A stretch of DNA of 64,000 nt, taken from the NCBI RefSeq assembly GCF_009914755.1, contig NC_060927.1; one strand, 5' to 3'. The position numbers were made by a program, and so were the translations under genes. This stretch comes from the human T2T-CHM13v2.0 reference genome, Homo sapiens. Shown piece by piece: positions 32,531 through 50,795 of the stretch (position 1 is its first letter; each line of letters opens with the position of its first letter). The notes under the pieces were generated by a model, which worked only from the letters and a program-made list of their open reading frames with translations, was not told the DNA's origin and searched no databases.

Positions 32531-32830
32531 GGCTGGGCACGGTGGCTCACGCCTCTAATTCCAGCACTTTGGGAGGCTGAGGCGGGCAGATCACGAGGTC
32601 AGGAGATTGAGACCATCCTGGACAACACGGTGAAACCCCGTCTCTACTAAAAATACAAAAATCAGCTGGCTGTGGTGGTGTGCACATGTAATCCCAGCTA
32701 CTCAGGAGGCTGAGGCAGGAGAATTGCTTGAACCCAGGAAGGCGGAGATTACAGTGAGCCAAGATCACGCCACTGTACTCCATCCTGGTGAGACAGCAAG
32801 ACTCCGTCTCAAAAAAAAAAAAAAAAAAAA
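32531..32830 (+). mobile_element. Alu (Sc-like)
   Basis: TSD aaagatattccatggg. Confidence 0.92.
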
Positions 32831-33051
32831 GATATTCCATGGGAAAGACTGGTTTGCACAAGCTCCAATACCATGGCCCAAATAAAAGAATACCAGAACC
32901 ACAGTAAAACACTGTTAACTAAACAGCAGCAACAGACAGACACCTCATGGTACTTTAAGAGGCAAAAATAAACTGAAACACTAATATGATCACACATGAA
33001 TATGCATATTTGTAACAAAGAATGAGAAACATTAAAAAACTTTTCACTCAC

Positions 33052-33155
33052 AAGTTTTTCTCTGTCTAGTTTTTGCAGTAAACTCTCCATGTTACTTCCA
33101 ATTCTTGTCTTTTCCACAACTTCATAAAGGCTGCAATACATTCCATTCTTCAAAA
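33052..33155 (-). CDS. TASOR: TASOR exon 11 (VLKNGMYCSLYEVV...DREKL)
   Basis: AG acceptor, GTGAGT donor, 104 nt; follows a 79-nt intron. Confidence 0.95.
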
Positions 33156-33234
33156 CTGACATAAGAAAAGTACATAGTAAATATCCAAATCAAGTCTGCT
33201 TCTAATGCATTTCAATAAAATTAAATTACCTTAC

Positions 33235-33338
33235 CTTCATTTGGACCTAAGTATGTTTCCTTATAAAACAGTGCTGGAGGGATTTTCTGTTTCAGATGAT
33301 CAATACTCATAACTGTTTCAACATCTAATTTCTCAGGT
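33235..33338 (-). CDS. TASOR: TASOR exon 10 (PEKLDVETVMSIDHL...GPNE)
   Basis: AG acceptor, GTAAGG donor, 104 nt. Confidence 0.95.
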
Positions 33339-33399
33339 CTGAAAGAAAATTTAAAAAACATGTTTGCCTTATCTGTATTTTCAACTCTAGCAATCTTAA

Positions 33400-33774
<375 letters not shown>

Positions 33775-34150
33775 CAGTAAAGGGGATTTGATACTGGAAG
33801 TCCAGATATATACATGGGTAGATAGCTAGCCAGGCAATATTTCCAACCTTCCATCCTTAAGCCAGAAACTAAAAGGCTGTCATTTTATTAAGGACAACTG
33901 AAGTATAAACTGTTAATCTTCACATGTTTATAAAGGCCCACAATGATGGAAGCAAGAGATTTTAGACCTTTCTATACCAACATATGCTGCATAGGACTAA
34001 AAACAGCCTATATATTTTAACTCACCAAATCAAAGCTCTTCCCAACAAAGAACTGGTAACTTTTAAGTCTACTATATTCAAAATGCTACATAAAAAAATA
34101 TATCTACTTAGAATAAAACTAAAAAATTATATTTCAGACTTAAATCACTA

Positions 34151-34502
<352 letters not shown>

Positions 34503-34706
34503 CTATCCTCAAATCAAGACAGAGACGTAGAGGACTCATATTGCCAAATCACGTAATTTCAAATCAACCATTTAAAAAACAAACCAACATTTATATTGAA
34601 GTTCTTATGAACCAAAATAAAATTTAAATATGAAAAAGAAATAAGGAAAAAGGCTCAAGAAAGTGATAAAATTAGCAACCACGAACTGCTCTTTACTTAT
34701 ACTTAC

Positions 34707-34812
34707 AGTTTGATAGGCAAAAAAGCACGAGTGGCTGACCTCAGAGAAATATAACACAAAAGTTTTCCTTTATTTAAAAGCTGTCCTTTCCACAAGGTAT
34801 AGTTATATTTAT
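34707..34812 (-). CDS. TASOR: TASOR exon 9 (DKYNYTLWKGQLL...FLPIKL), start of SPOC domain
   Basis: AG acceptor, GTAAGT donor, 106 nt. Confidence 0.95.
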
Positions 34813-35163
34813 CTAAATAAAAAGAATATAATGACACAGCTTAGTCACTTGGCAGCCCAGAGAAGTGAGTGCACATTTATTAGAAATGAGACGGAAAATA
34901 TCTAGAAACAAGGTTTAAGTAGGAGGGCAAAAAAAAAAAAACAGTGACTCTTCTACACTTCTATTTACTAACAGTTCAAATATTAGGATTTTTGTTTCAG
35001 GTATTTATCCCCTACAAAATCATTCCAGTTGCAAAGAATAACAAATGTATCTGTCTAAATGTCATTATCAGAAAAGTTGGGGAGCAAAGACAAGATAATT
35101 ATTCATCTCTTATTTCCTCCAAAGGGACACTGTATGAAATCTGGTTGATTATATGAATGCCTA

Positions 35164-35523
<360 letters not shown>

Positions 35524-35862
35524 AAACTTTAAAATAGTTTAATGTCAATGCTACTTTCAATCTTCTCTAATTCTAAGTCCTACACCTCTGGTGAATTTAA
35601 TACTTTTAAAAAGCTGAGTTATGAAACCTGTTTTATTTTTTATCTTTTTCTATTAAAGTGCTAAAACCTTTCAGTCTATTCACAGTAGCAGATTTTCAAA
35701 GGAGATCTTATGCTTGGACAACCAAATGCGCTGATGCTACATTATAACTTTTCATACTTTGCAGATTTTCATTCATTATAAAAATAATACAAAGCACTTA
35801 ATCTTTTGCTATATGTACTTATTCTTTCCATTTATAAAACTAAAGAAACATAAATCTCTTAC

Positions 35863-35894
35863 CTATGTTTCTATCTGTATTAAAGCTGTTAGAT
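35863..35894 (-). CDS. TASOR: TASOR exon 8, 32 nt (RSNSFNTDRNI)
   Basis: ttgtag acceptor, ATAG|GTAAGA donor; joins exons 7 and 9 in frame. Confidence 0.92.
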
Positions 35895-36229
35895 CTACAA
35901 ATTTTTTAAAAGAAAAGAAAAACATTACTCATTAGTATAATCATAAAAATTAACATGTAAGATGATATAAGTGCAATTTTTAATGGCATACTACAGTTAA
36001 GTCCTTCCTCCAGGTAGGAAGAACAAAGAAATTACTCATTACAAAGTCTAGTAAATCCAAGTCTACTTAGAGAAAACAGAAGTACTTACTTCGCTCAAAT
36101 TACCACATTTACCCAAATTTAAGGGAGTTGTTTTTTCCAAAAATATTAACCAAGAGAGAACAGTGTCCACCAAAGTCTCTTGTCAATTATTTTGCTGACA
36201 TTAGAAGACACAGCCTCAATATATAAATA

Positions 36230-36650
36230 TATTAATTCATCATTCAGTAAATACATACTAAGCTCTTATTTACCAGGCACAGTTCTAGGTAATAGGATTA
36301 TAGAGATAAACAGAACAAAGTTCCAACCTACATAAATCTAATGAGGAAGACAGAAAACAATGATATATAACAGATCATGATGGTTTTCAGTGCTATAAAA
36401 AGAGACATAAGAGTATAGAGGTAAAAAAAAAAAACAGAGAAACCTCAATCATAAGGAAATACGTGAAGAAATGTAGAATGAATTATGCAGCTTACTGGGG
36501 AAAGTGAGAGAACAGCAAATGCAGAGGCCCTGAAGCAGGAGCATTCATGGAATATTCAAGGTACAAGGATGGATGTTCACTCAATGCTCCTTTGAAATGA
36601 TATAGAGGTCAAGAGATGGAATCAAAGAGGAGGCAAAGAAATTAACAGTC
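36230..36650. mobile_element. L2 fragment
   Basis: attcatcattcagtaaatac...ccaggcacagttctagg...aaatgcagaggccctgaagcagga L2 motifs. Confidence 0.7.
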
Positions 36651-37213
36651 ATTATTCCTGGGGGCATGACCTCATAATTTTAAGTGCTGGATGTCTTTTA
36701 AAGAGTACTTATGAAAACACTGTAGTGAAAGTATGTATCACAGTGATCATAAATTTAGAGCCACAAAAAATGAAAGCCACAACTGTCTGGATACTATGTC
36801 AATTGGTACCTGTGGCTATAGATGGTTTCCAAGGATTATTCACCTACATAAAAGGACCGTAAATGGAAGAGAAGATAATTTGATCTGGAAAACTGACAAA
36901 GAGGTCAACCTCAAAAATGTACATATATGTTTCATGATATATGGTTTTAGAACAGCAGTATTTCTAAATTAATAGATATCATACATGACTTCAAATATGT
37001 ATACACACCCAAAGTAAAAAATGAGCAGACATTTGACCATCTCACCTACATCCCTATAAATATACTTATTCCATTTGGCTAAAGCATTTTTAGAATCAAC
37101 ACATGGGGAAAAAAAATGGTAACTGCTTCCTATTTGGTCACCTTATACTAGAGCTTTTAAGAAATACTCAGTAACACAAGAACAGAAAACCAAAAAAAAG
37201 GAAAGAAATCATC

Positions 37214-37502
37214 AGGCCAAGTGTGGCAGCTCATGCCTATAATCCTAGTGCTCTGGAATACCAAGGCAGGAGAACTGCTTGAGGCCAGGAGTTTGAGACC
37301 AGCCTGGCCAACACAGCAAGACCCATTTCCATGAAAACTAAAAATAAACCAGACATGATGGTGCATGCCTGTAGTCCCAGCTACTTGGGAGGATCGCTTG
37401 CACACAGGGGTTTGAGGCTGCAGCAAGCTATGACTGCACCGCTTTACTCACTACAGCCTGGGCAACAGAGCAAGACTTTGTCTCTAAAGAGGAAAAAAAA
37501 AG
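37214..37502 (+). mobile_element. Alu (J-like), followed by MER5-like remnant (~37510-37650)
   Basis: Alu consensus; tcagaatcacctggaagctttt downstream. Confidence 0.85.
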
Positions 37503-37669
37503 AAACAGAGGGTCCTCAACACTGGCTGAAAATCAGAATCACCTGGAAGCTTTTAAAAACTATCAATGCCTTGACTGCCCACTAAATATTTGATTGGTTT
37601 GTGGTGAGGCATGAGCATCCTTTGTAGAAGCTCCCCATTTCCAAGGGTGCTAATACACAAAATCTCACT

Positions 37670-38319
<650 letters not shown>

Positions 38320-38580
38320 CTACACAAACCTTCATTTCTAAGGAAGAGATTAGCGAGATGAGGTTTAAATTTTAGCTTGTATTTATTTCCACATGGTAAA
38401 CTGTCTGTTCTTCACACCGACCATTTAAAAGTCATTGTAAACACTTCAGTCTCCAACCAACTTCAAGGGAAGTTAAAAAAAAAAAATGGGAAGGAAACAA
38501 AATGGTCCTCCTAACTCAGTAGTACAGGATCTGTAGTAGAATTATCACTGCGGATGATGTCTAAAACTCCTAAGTCTTAC

Positions 38581-38705
38581 CTTGATGAAGGTACAAACTT
38601 CGGAGTTTGTATATCATCTTTGTAAGTAAAAGACACAACTGCATATGGACAAACGTGTCTTGGTCTTCGCCTTAGCTCATCAAAGCCATACTCATAAAAA
38701 TAATA
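38581..38705 (-). CDS. TASOR: TASOR exon 7 (YYFYEYGFDELRRRPRHVCPYAVVSF...PSS)
   Basis: AG acceptor, GTAAGA donor, 125 nt, ends in phase 2. Confidence 0.95.
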
Positions 38706-39691
38706 CTAAAAATAAGAAAATGAAAAATTAACTTCTTTAAAAAGGCAAGGTGAAACCTTATATTTAACTGCCTGATTTCTGAGAAATAGAAAACCATATA
38801 TGCACTTCTGACAAAAAATGTCTTTAAGCTCTGCGTGCCAATTTAACTAAAATAATTAGTACTTTGTATTCATTTTGTGATATAAAATATTCTGCATCTA
38901 AGTGCGTAAGATCCCAGAGTATTACTAACTATTCCAAAAGTTTACTTCTGAAGAGTTGACCACCGGGAGTTTCCTAATAAAAATATTATAAACAGAGCCT
39001 AAGCTCCCAGGTCAGCTCAGAATAGCCAATCTAATACAAAAAGCAAAATACTAAGAACACAGTCTCAACTAAACCAAACTATGGTTTTGCTATTTCAAAA
39101 GAAAAACACACCTGGGCTCCAATTGCAAACAAAGTAGCAAAGGGAGATACGGAAAAGAATCTGAACATAGGTGACAAAGATAGCCTTCCCTCTTCCCATT
39201 ACCCATCAGTCTTTCCCCTTCACCTCTTCACCACATTCAGTATAGTACAGTTTTGTAACTTTCAGAGTAGTGATTTTCACTTTAAGAATGCCTGAGTTTA
39301 TGAACACAGTAGTACAGTTCTTCAAAGTCCATTCCCCTGGGAAACTATTGATTTCAATAATGTTGTTATTGCTCTAAAAATGGCTGGAGTTTTTAAAAAA
39401 CGTAAGGCCAGTTTGCAAGTCCTTCTAGAAAAGCCAATAACTATCTTACATGTATACTTCACACCTACCAATATTGCTACTGTCCAGAGGGTAATCAAAT
39501 GAGTCAGTCCCAAATGACTTTGGTGAATATAATTTTTGCTAAAAGCCCACAACAATAGTTCTTAAAATTTTATTTTACATAAATAAAGCAAAAATTAAAG
39601 AAAGAACATTTCCAGGGAAGCTAACATTACTACTTTTCACAAGCAGTCTATTTGGTTATAGACATTTTTTTTAATGTTAAAAAGAACAGGT

Positions 39692-40100
<409 letters not shown>

Positions 40101-40717
40101 AGACAAACACAAAAACAAAAAACCATTGCTTTATAGTCAAACCTCATATAAAAACTTAACACTAAAGCTCATCAAATGTTACTCTTATATAGGTGTAGTA
40201 TATGTCAATTATACTTGAATAAGGCTTAAAAAATAGTTCTAGGTTTGCATCTTTAAAAATGTTAATAAAGATAGAAAATACCTATCAAATCAATAGTATA
40301 AAATGTTATGCATTAAGATTATTTCAAGGGGTTTCAACTTTACCTTGAAAGATGAGTAGTATCTTATTAGGCAAGAGATCTTTCTAGGCCAGGAAATGCC
40401 AAGGTTTCAAAATGAAATGAGGTGTGTTGAGGGCAATGATCATATAAAAACCAGGTCACAGTCTACTGGCAGGAAGAGCTAGACTAGGGAGTCTATAAAT
40501 ATTACCCTGTAACCTTGAAGACCCACTGCATGTTTCTGAGACATCTCAGAAAACACTGAACAAACAGCAGCAACAGACACTGGAGTCTGGAAGTGATATG
40601 CAGACACCAGAGTCTAGACTAATGTGGGGACAGAGAGAACTGAAAGGGAGACATTTTAAAGGATTTGGTAACAAACAGGTATGAGATCACAACATTACAA
40701 CGGATCCTGGAACCTAC

Positions 40718-40879
40718 CTGAGTAAGCTCATAGGCTCTGTAAGCCAAAAGTGATGTAATTCGATTGGCATTCTTTGACACGTGACATTCATGCTTTGGTG
40801 TGGGGTCCAAAGCACTCTTATTTAACATAGATTCCAAACTTTTTACACCCATGGGGTCATATATACTCTTTATTTTACC
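40718..40879 (-). CDS. TASOR: TASOR exon 6 (GKIKSIYDPMGV...AYELTQ)
   Basis: AG acceptor, GTAGGT donor, 162 nt; overlaps ORF 40619-40852. Confidence 0.95.
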
Positions 40880-40972
40880 CTAAAATAGAGAAAACCTTTT
40901 AAGTGTCTACCTAAACCTAATTGTTGACTATATAACATTAATATTATGAAATACTTCTTTGAATATAGATCA

Positions 40973-41310
<338 letters not shown>

Positions 41311-41542
41311 AATATCTCATAGAACACTTTTACCAAATTTGAAGCAGTAAGAAAAAGCTAATCACTAAAAGAAAAAAAAAAAATCATTTGAACTTGTTTA
41401 ATAACAAGTAAATAGAAACTCCATTCATAATACTCTTCACTAATATAAATCATATTACCAACATATTACTCTCTACATTCCTTTCTTTGGAAAGGAAAAC
41501 AAACTCTTAAGTACGGTTAGCTTAGCTCAAAGATGGCAAATA

Positions 41543-41867
<325 letters not shown>

Positions 41868-42020
41868 GATGGCAAATAAACCATTTTCAAAAGTATCTTT
41901 AAGTACCAAACACTAACAAGCATGAACTTTTAAACAATCTCCTAAAAACAGCATCATCTAAAAATTAAAATCCAAATCAAGTGTAGTTTTTCATACATGA
42001 AGTGTGTAAGTTTAAATTAC

Positions 42021-42112
42021 CTTCATTATTTTAAAAATCACAACATCACCCATTGCCCCCGTGTCCAAAGGATTCGCTTGTAATAAATCAGCATACCTAG
42101 AAAGATAGACAC
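42021..42112 (-). CDS. TASOR: TASOR exon 5 (GVYLSRYADLL...FKIMK)
   Basis: AG acceptor, GTAATT donor, 92 nt; PARP-like GVYLS motif. Confidence 0.95.
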
Positions 42113-42393
42113 CTAGAAAAGACGGAAAAATTAAGGAAACTGATTATATTTTTCAAAATCACTAGGACTAAAATAAGACATTTTTAAGAAGTTATCCTTC
42201 ATCAATTTGAGGTGTTCAAAAATCAGAAACAAAAGATAAAACTGATCTTACATTTCAGAACCTATGACTAGTCTTTTTCTGGGAACATAATAAAGCATGA
42301 ATTTAATAACAACTGCAGTGAAATTACGAGACAATGTATTTTTAGACAGCAACTTAGTAGTAGATATTTATATTTAAAAAGAAAAAAGATTAC

Positions 42394-42466
42394 CCATGGA
42401 AGGACTGCCAAGAATTGTTATTTTGGACTGACCCACATGTAATCCTTTTTCACATATGGTTTGAAC
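42394..42466 (-). CDS. TASOR: TASOR exon 4 (VQTICEKGLHVGQSKITILGSPSM)
   Basis: AG acceptor, GTAATC donor, 73 nt. Confidence 0.95.
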
Positions 42467-42919
42467 CTAAATTTAAAAAAAAATACTTCATCTTGCAGTC
42501 ATAACAACATTTAAAACATGAAAAAATAATTTTATAAACTTGGTTTAAATAAAAACAAAGCTTCTTAACTATGTATCATTCTAGATCACAGAAATCTTAT
42601 ATATTTGCCACTTTATAAATATTAATGTAAAACTGACTTACACTTCTCAAAGTAACCATATCTAGAATCCATTTTTCTTCATTTTAATTTTTTTAGAGAT
42701 AGGGTCTCCCTCTGCCCTCTAGGCTGGAGTGCAGTGGCATGACCTTGAACTCCTGGGCTCAAGTGATCCTCTCACCTCAGCCTCCCAAGTAACTAGAACT
42801 ACAAGTGCTCACCACCATGCCTGGCTACTTTTCAATCATTTTTCTTCATGCCAGGTGTGACAGATACTCTTAACTCCTGCCACTCAATATATATAACCAA
42901 TACTTTTCAAAGAGAATTA

Positions 42920-43706
<787 letters not shown>

Positions 43707-43919
43707 CTAGGGGAAGAAAATAGGACTGGTCAGAGAAAAAACTGAGTACATTTGAAAAACAAATTACAAACAATAAACATTTTGCCCCATTAAATCATGT
43801 ATTCCACTTATATATCAAAAAAGTCTGTAATTGTAAAGAATACTGTTGAATAATCACAAAATTAGTAACTTACAATGGAAACATCCCCAAATTGTTTTTT
43901 ATAAAATGCGTTAACTCAC

Positions 43920-44012
43920 CTGGTATCGATCAACCATCAGAAATGCATAGGATTCTGAAAGTTCCTTATCTAAACGACCATCAAACTTCAGTTCTCTTCG
44001 CTTTTCTGTAAA
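43920..44012 (-). CDS. TASOR: TASOR exon 3 (FTEKRRELKFDG...VDRYQ)
   Basis: AG acceptor, GTGAGT donor, 93 nt, in frame. Confidence 0.95.
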
Positions 44013-45140
44013 CTAAATGAAATTAAAACTATAACAACTACTTAGCATGTGATTATGTTTTTCAAGCTACAAGTTTTATTTTTTTTTCCAAGAAATCTCA
44101 CACCTACCAAAATGGAAAAATAATCTCTATCTCTCTATACTCTCTGTCCTTCAGTTTTTCCCCTATTTTAACTGGCTCTTTATATATAATATTAATATAG
44201 TCAAATAAACATCTAATGCTCACCAATCTTTAAATTTATCTTATAATTTTACCACATTCCAACTCTCCCATAGATTATAAATTCATGCTTTAATTATCTT
44301 TGTATCTTCCATTTTACTTAACATGGTACACTGCATCCAACAGGTGGTTTAATAAATCTGCTGAATGACCAACTTCTAGATTATAAACTCAATTAGGACA
44401 AGAAAAATGCTTCTTTTCTCTGTAACTGTATTCTCAATGCCAAGCACATAAGATGTGCTCCATACATATTTATAGGATGGAAGAGTGACTTTTTCTAACT
44501 AGTTGGAACTATAAGTTATCCTAAACCACTGGCTTTCCTATCTATAAAATAGATATGCATTTAAAATATAAAATAGCTAACATTTTATATTCAGGCTATT
44601 ACTGCTCTTTAATAACTAATTTATCTTCAGACTAAATTTTCATATGAAATTAACAAATAATCGCTACCATACCATGAAACCACATCAATTCAAACTACTA
44701 AGATTTTAATTTTCTCTGGGATTCAGTGCCCTTTAGGGAACCTTTCAAAATTAAATCCTGGTACCACTTGGTTAACCAACTTGCAAAAATAAAAAATTCG
44801 TATTTCAGGTCCATCGGAAATCATTATGCATCAAATATTTCAAAACATCTATACATTCTGGCTTTTCCTAAATCAAAACTCAAATATTCTAATTTGTACA
44901 TGAAACTTAAGTTCACTGTCTAACATGCTCAATTATTCTTCTTTGTTTGAACTTTTTCACTAAGAATATGTACTAATGATAAAATCCTAATATAGCCACC
45001 AGGCAATAATTGTGGAAAAAATGAAGCATGTCCTAAAAACAAACACACCCATATATTTGACTTCATTAATTACCTTCCAATTTAGGCATTTAATTAACAT
45101 GTACAATACTCAAAGAGCAAAAAGCCCTACTAATTCACAA

Positions 45141-45428
45141 TTTATTTATTTACTTATTTATCTGAGACAGAGTTCTTGTTCTATCACCCAGGCTTGAGTG
45201 CAGTGGCGCGATCTCAGCTCACTGCAACCTCACGGGTTCAAGCAATTCTCCTGCCTCACCCTCCCAAGAAGCTGGGATTACAGGCATGTGCCACCACGCC
45301 TAGCTAATTTTCGTAGAGACGGGTTTTGCCACGTTGGCCAGGCTGGTCTCAAACCCCTGGCCTCAAGCGACCCGTCCACCTCGGCCTCCCAAAGTGCTGG
45401 GATTACAGGCATGAGCCACCATGCTCAG
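45141..45428 (-). mobile_element. Alu
   Basis: Alu consensus with (TTTA)n tail. Confidence 0.9.
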
Positions 45429-45582
45429 CTGAATTTACAATTGAACCATTAGCTAGTAAGCTATCTCTACACTTAAGATTTTCAGTTAAAAAGTTATTTT
45501 ACATAATTGCATATTAGTAACAATTTAACACAGCAGATAAATGTAATGCTACAGCAACATCTGGTGGAAAAAAGAGATGTCA

Positions 45583-45849
<267 letters not shown>

Positions 45850-45898
45850 TTAACTGGTTCTGAAAACAATCTTACAGTAAGTATAATTTAAAACATAC

Positions 45899-46044
45899 CT
45901 CCTTTTCCAAAAGCTCATTGTGTACCAAGCAAGCACGTCTGTAGTTAAAATTTGTTACTGAGGTTGGTTCAAGGTAAGAAGAATGGAGAATATTTACAAC
46001 ATCTTCAAATTCTCGAGAGCCTGGAGTTAATGGCTGGAAAAGTG
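45899..46044 (-). CDS. TASOR: TASOR exon 2 (ALFQPLTPGSREF...LLEKE), start of pseudo-PARP/DUF3715 domain
   Basis: ttttag acceptor, GAG|GTATGT donor, 146 nt, frame continuous. Confidence 0.96.
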
Positions 46045-46541
46045 CTAAAATAAAAAAACAAACATTTAAAATGTTTAACATTACTCCATCTTAAATATAG
46101 CTTTTTATATTTTTGTGGGTTAATGTAACTTTAAATACCATGAAAAAAGGCATCAAGGCTATCTTACTTTGTGATACGCAAAAGAGATACTTATTAACTC
46201 ATTGAAAAAAATGTAAAACTAGTTGCCTACATACACCAGTTCCTTCAACAATGAGGATCTGGCATTACATACATAGACAAGGAAGGTGCAATTTTGCAAA
46301 CCTTAGGCATGCTATATTAGGCAACCTAAATTGCTTAAAGACTCTTAAAAGAACCTGTGTTTATACTCAACTTAGCTCCTATTTTATGTTACACTGAAGT
46401 ATGTCTCAGACTGTGTATTTCAGCAAACTACCTATACCATGTATGAGACCATAAAAGCATTTAAGACGTTATGTGAAGTAACAAAATATGCTGTTACTGA
46501 CACACTGGTCTTTAAGTTTAAAAAAAAAAAAAAAAAAAAAA

Positions 46542-46847
46542 GCTTGGTGGCTCATGCTTGTAATTCCAGCTCTTTGGGAGGCCAAGGCAGCAAGACTGCT
46601 TGAGCTCAGGAGTTCCAGAGCAGCCTGGGCAACACAGTGAGACCCTGTCTCTACAAACCATTAAAAAAAAAAAAAAATTAGCCAGGCATGGTGGTGCATG
46701 CCTGTAGTACCAGCTACTTGGGAGGCTGAGGCAGGAGGATCCTTTGAGCCCAGGAGTTCAAGGCTGCAGTGAGCCACGTTCTCCCACCGCACTCCAGTCT
46801 GGGAGTGAGAGAGAGACCCTGTCTCAAAAATAAAAATAAAAAATAAA
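46542..46847 (+). mobile_element. Alu (J-like)
   Basis: Alu consensus. Confidence 0.9.
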
Positions 46848-47121
46848 ATGCTGCACTCACGTGGCTTCTTGTATAATCCACAAAAAGTAGTAGAACATTT
46901 ATTATGACAACTTAGTAAAATGAAAACATGTGGGGCTTTAGAGTCAAAGCTGGACACAAATACCAGACCTAGCATTACTGGCTTGGAGTAAAATGCAGGT
47001 AAATAAATTACTTATATAGCTCAGCTCTCTCATATGTAAAATGGCAAACTCCAGCTACTCTAATAACCACTATATGTCACATGCCACACTAGACAACACG
47101 TGGAAAAAGCTCTAAGCATAG

Positions 47122-47793
<672 letters not shown>

Positions 47794-50466
47794 CCCACTT
47801 AATTTTTAAAACATTTAAATCAACTATGCAATTAGTTCTTGAGAATTACTGGTCTAGTAACCTCAAATTTCCATCTTATGCACAAAATACTTTACTAATA
47901 CACCTAAAAGTCTATACATATATATATTTCCCCAAATCAAAAAGGAACCACTTTTCACTGTAGAGAGAACTACTCATAGAAACTATGTTATTCTCTATTA
48001 CCTTAATTTCTTTCAAGACACTATTTAATAAGGGTCAAGAATGTAACAGTCAAAACAGGTCACTACTGAAAACATAATGTTCCACTTGTACATACTCCTA
48101 AAGGTAACAGATGCAGCGAACCGTTATCTTTTTTATACATGATTATTAGACTTTAAAAGACATGTCAAATGACAGAGCCATTCATCCATTCATTTACCAA
48201 AGCATGTATATATTACATAAGTGTCTGTAAAAACGTAGTTTTCAATGGCACAATGTGTACAAACAAATGGTTACCACTATTTTCGAACTGTGCACGAAAA
48301 AAATAGTCAACAGTTATAGCAATACAATTAAAAAATAAACAGGAGTAAGCTCAAACAAGTACTCAAATAGAACAAGACTACTCAACACAAAGTGTCCTAT
48401 AATCAAACTTGTAGCAGACGAATATGCTCGGTAACCTATTGATTGTAAGCTCCATGAGAGCAGGAACCTGCCTTGCTCATTACTCGTGTTTCCCACATCC
48501 CAGTAGCTAGACCTGTGAGTGCCAGCCCTAAATATATTAAATAGTCAAGAAAATGAGAAATTTTGTCAAGAGCTTTAAAAATGGTAACAATATATTCTAC
48601 TACTAAATGACTGTGATTTAAAATTGACTCTTTCACAAATTCAACAATTCAGTAATATACGAAACACAAATGAAAGCTCAGAAAAGAGGGTAGAAGGCAT
48701 ATATTGTCTTCATTCAAACCTGTGTTATGGAACGTAGGACAAAAACATCTTATCTTTGTGATAATTGTCCCCAATTAAACTGTGAAAAACTTGGCAAGGA
48801 AAGCAGCATGTGGAGGTCTTTATAGGCTTTCACAACCAAAGTGGGCCAAGCATGATTTTAAAAGTTGGGTTATGATTTTAAAAGTTGGGTTTTACACGAT
48901 TTTGTTTCTAAACAAAATGACTTCAGATATATAAAATGTACACAAAAAAAGGTATCACATGGCTGCCAATTTCTATGAAATGTTAGTCTACATAAAAGAA
49001 ATTTTCATTAGTTAAGCTACCCAATACAATTTCTACCATTAATCTAATCGTAAGTAAAAAATTAGTCAAATCATGAATCTGCATAAAAGTTCACATCCAA
49101 ATTATTCTCAAAGTACTTAACATTTCCAGTTGACTCTAAAGCAATGTCCAAGTCATGTCCAATGTACTAAAAATGACAGCTGACAGGAAAAAAATTATTG
49201 CAAATGAAAAGGAAAAAGCATTTTAGCTTTAACAATAAATATCTGTATCCTAATTATTTTGTATTGCAAATGCCTCAGTGGCTTCGTTAGGCCGGTTATA
49301 ATTTCTCATTTTTTCTGGTGATAATTTCTAAGATAATAAAATTATCCTGCAACTATTTTTAAGGATTTCAAGTCAACTTGCTGCTAACAGCAGTTCAGAA
49401 AATTTATTAAGTTCATGTTCTGAATGTACATTTTCTGGTAGTCTATTTTATGTCCTCAGAGGTCATTTAACACTACATGTATCTCGATCAATGTATCCTG
49501 TCACTCCTTTTAAAGAAAATATTTAAGTCAAAAATCTCAATTATGGGTCACTATTTGAGGTAGTAATAATAAACAACCCTGTGTCTATCCAAATAGGGAA
49601 AGCATTATGTATATGAATTATCCATTTCACTCAGGGAACTCAGTATTCAATACACTGTTCTCTAGATTGACAGTTACTGTCTAACCATTAGTGGTTAAGT
49701 ACCACCTTCAATACTGTACTAAGAGCTTTACATATATCATCTCAATCATCAAAACTACACTATGAAGTTCAACATGCCCGTTTCTCAATTGAAACTGAGA
49801 CAAGTAGCCTTTTGAGTTGGCCCAAGGTTACAGGGTTAATGAATGAATCAAGCTGCTGGGATTCAAATTCAAGTGGTTAAGCTCCCTTTCTTGTATCCTG
49901 AAATATATGATGTGTGTGTGCATATGGGTATTAGACATACAATGTCCAATCATGTCAAGAGCTGGAAAAATGACTGTTTCCTCACTTTATAGACTAGAAA
50001 TCATATACAACACTTAGACACAGGAAGTTAATATAAAAGAACAAAGAATTTCGTTCTAATACTGCTCTTTCTACCTTCCTATCTTCTCTCAAATTTCTTA
50101 ATTTTTTCTGATTTTAATTTTCCTCTAGAGACAACAGGGCCAAGAGTCGTAACACCCTTTGTTTTATAAAGGTTAACAGCAGTAGCAATAGAAGTTCTTT
50201 CACACATTAAGAAATGTGTAATTTTGCTTATTTGATCGATTTCCATTAAATGCCTGTCAGAAGAACAGCTAAGTTGATTACTGATCACACAAGGTTTCCC
50301 TACTTACAAATTATAGATGTATTTTACGAGACTGAAGAGCAGATTTACAAGGGCACTTAGAGATTTATAATTCAAACGAGGAAACTGATAGTATCATAGA
50401 ATTTCAACTGGAATTCAAATTTCCTGACTCTTAGCCATACTATCATCAAATATTTTTTATTACTAG

Positions 50467-50795
<329 letters not shown>

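Noticed and set aside
40533-40552. 9-bp palindrome tttctgaga-ca-tctcagaaa and similar small hairpins (near 22688 and 23190)
   Set aside because: Expected by chance at this length
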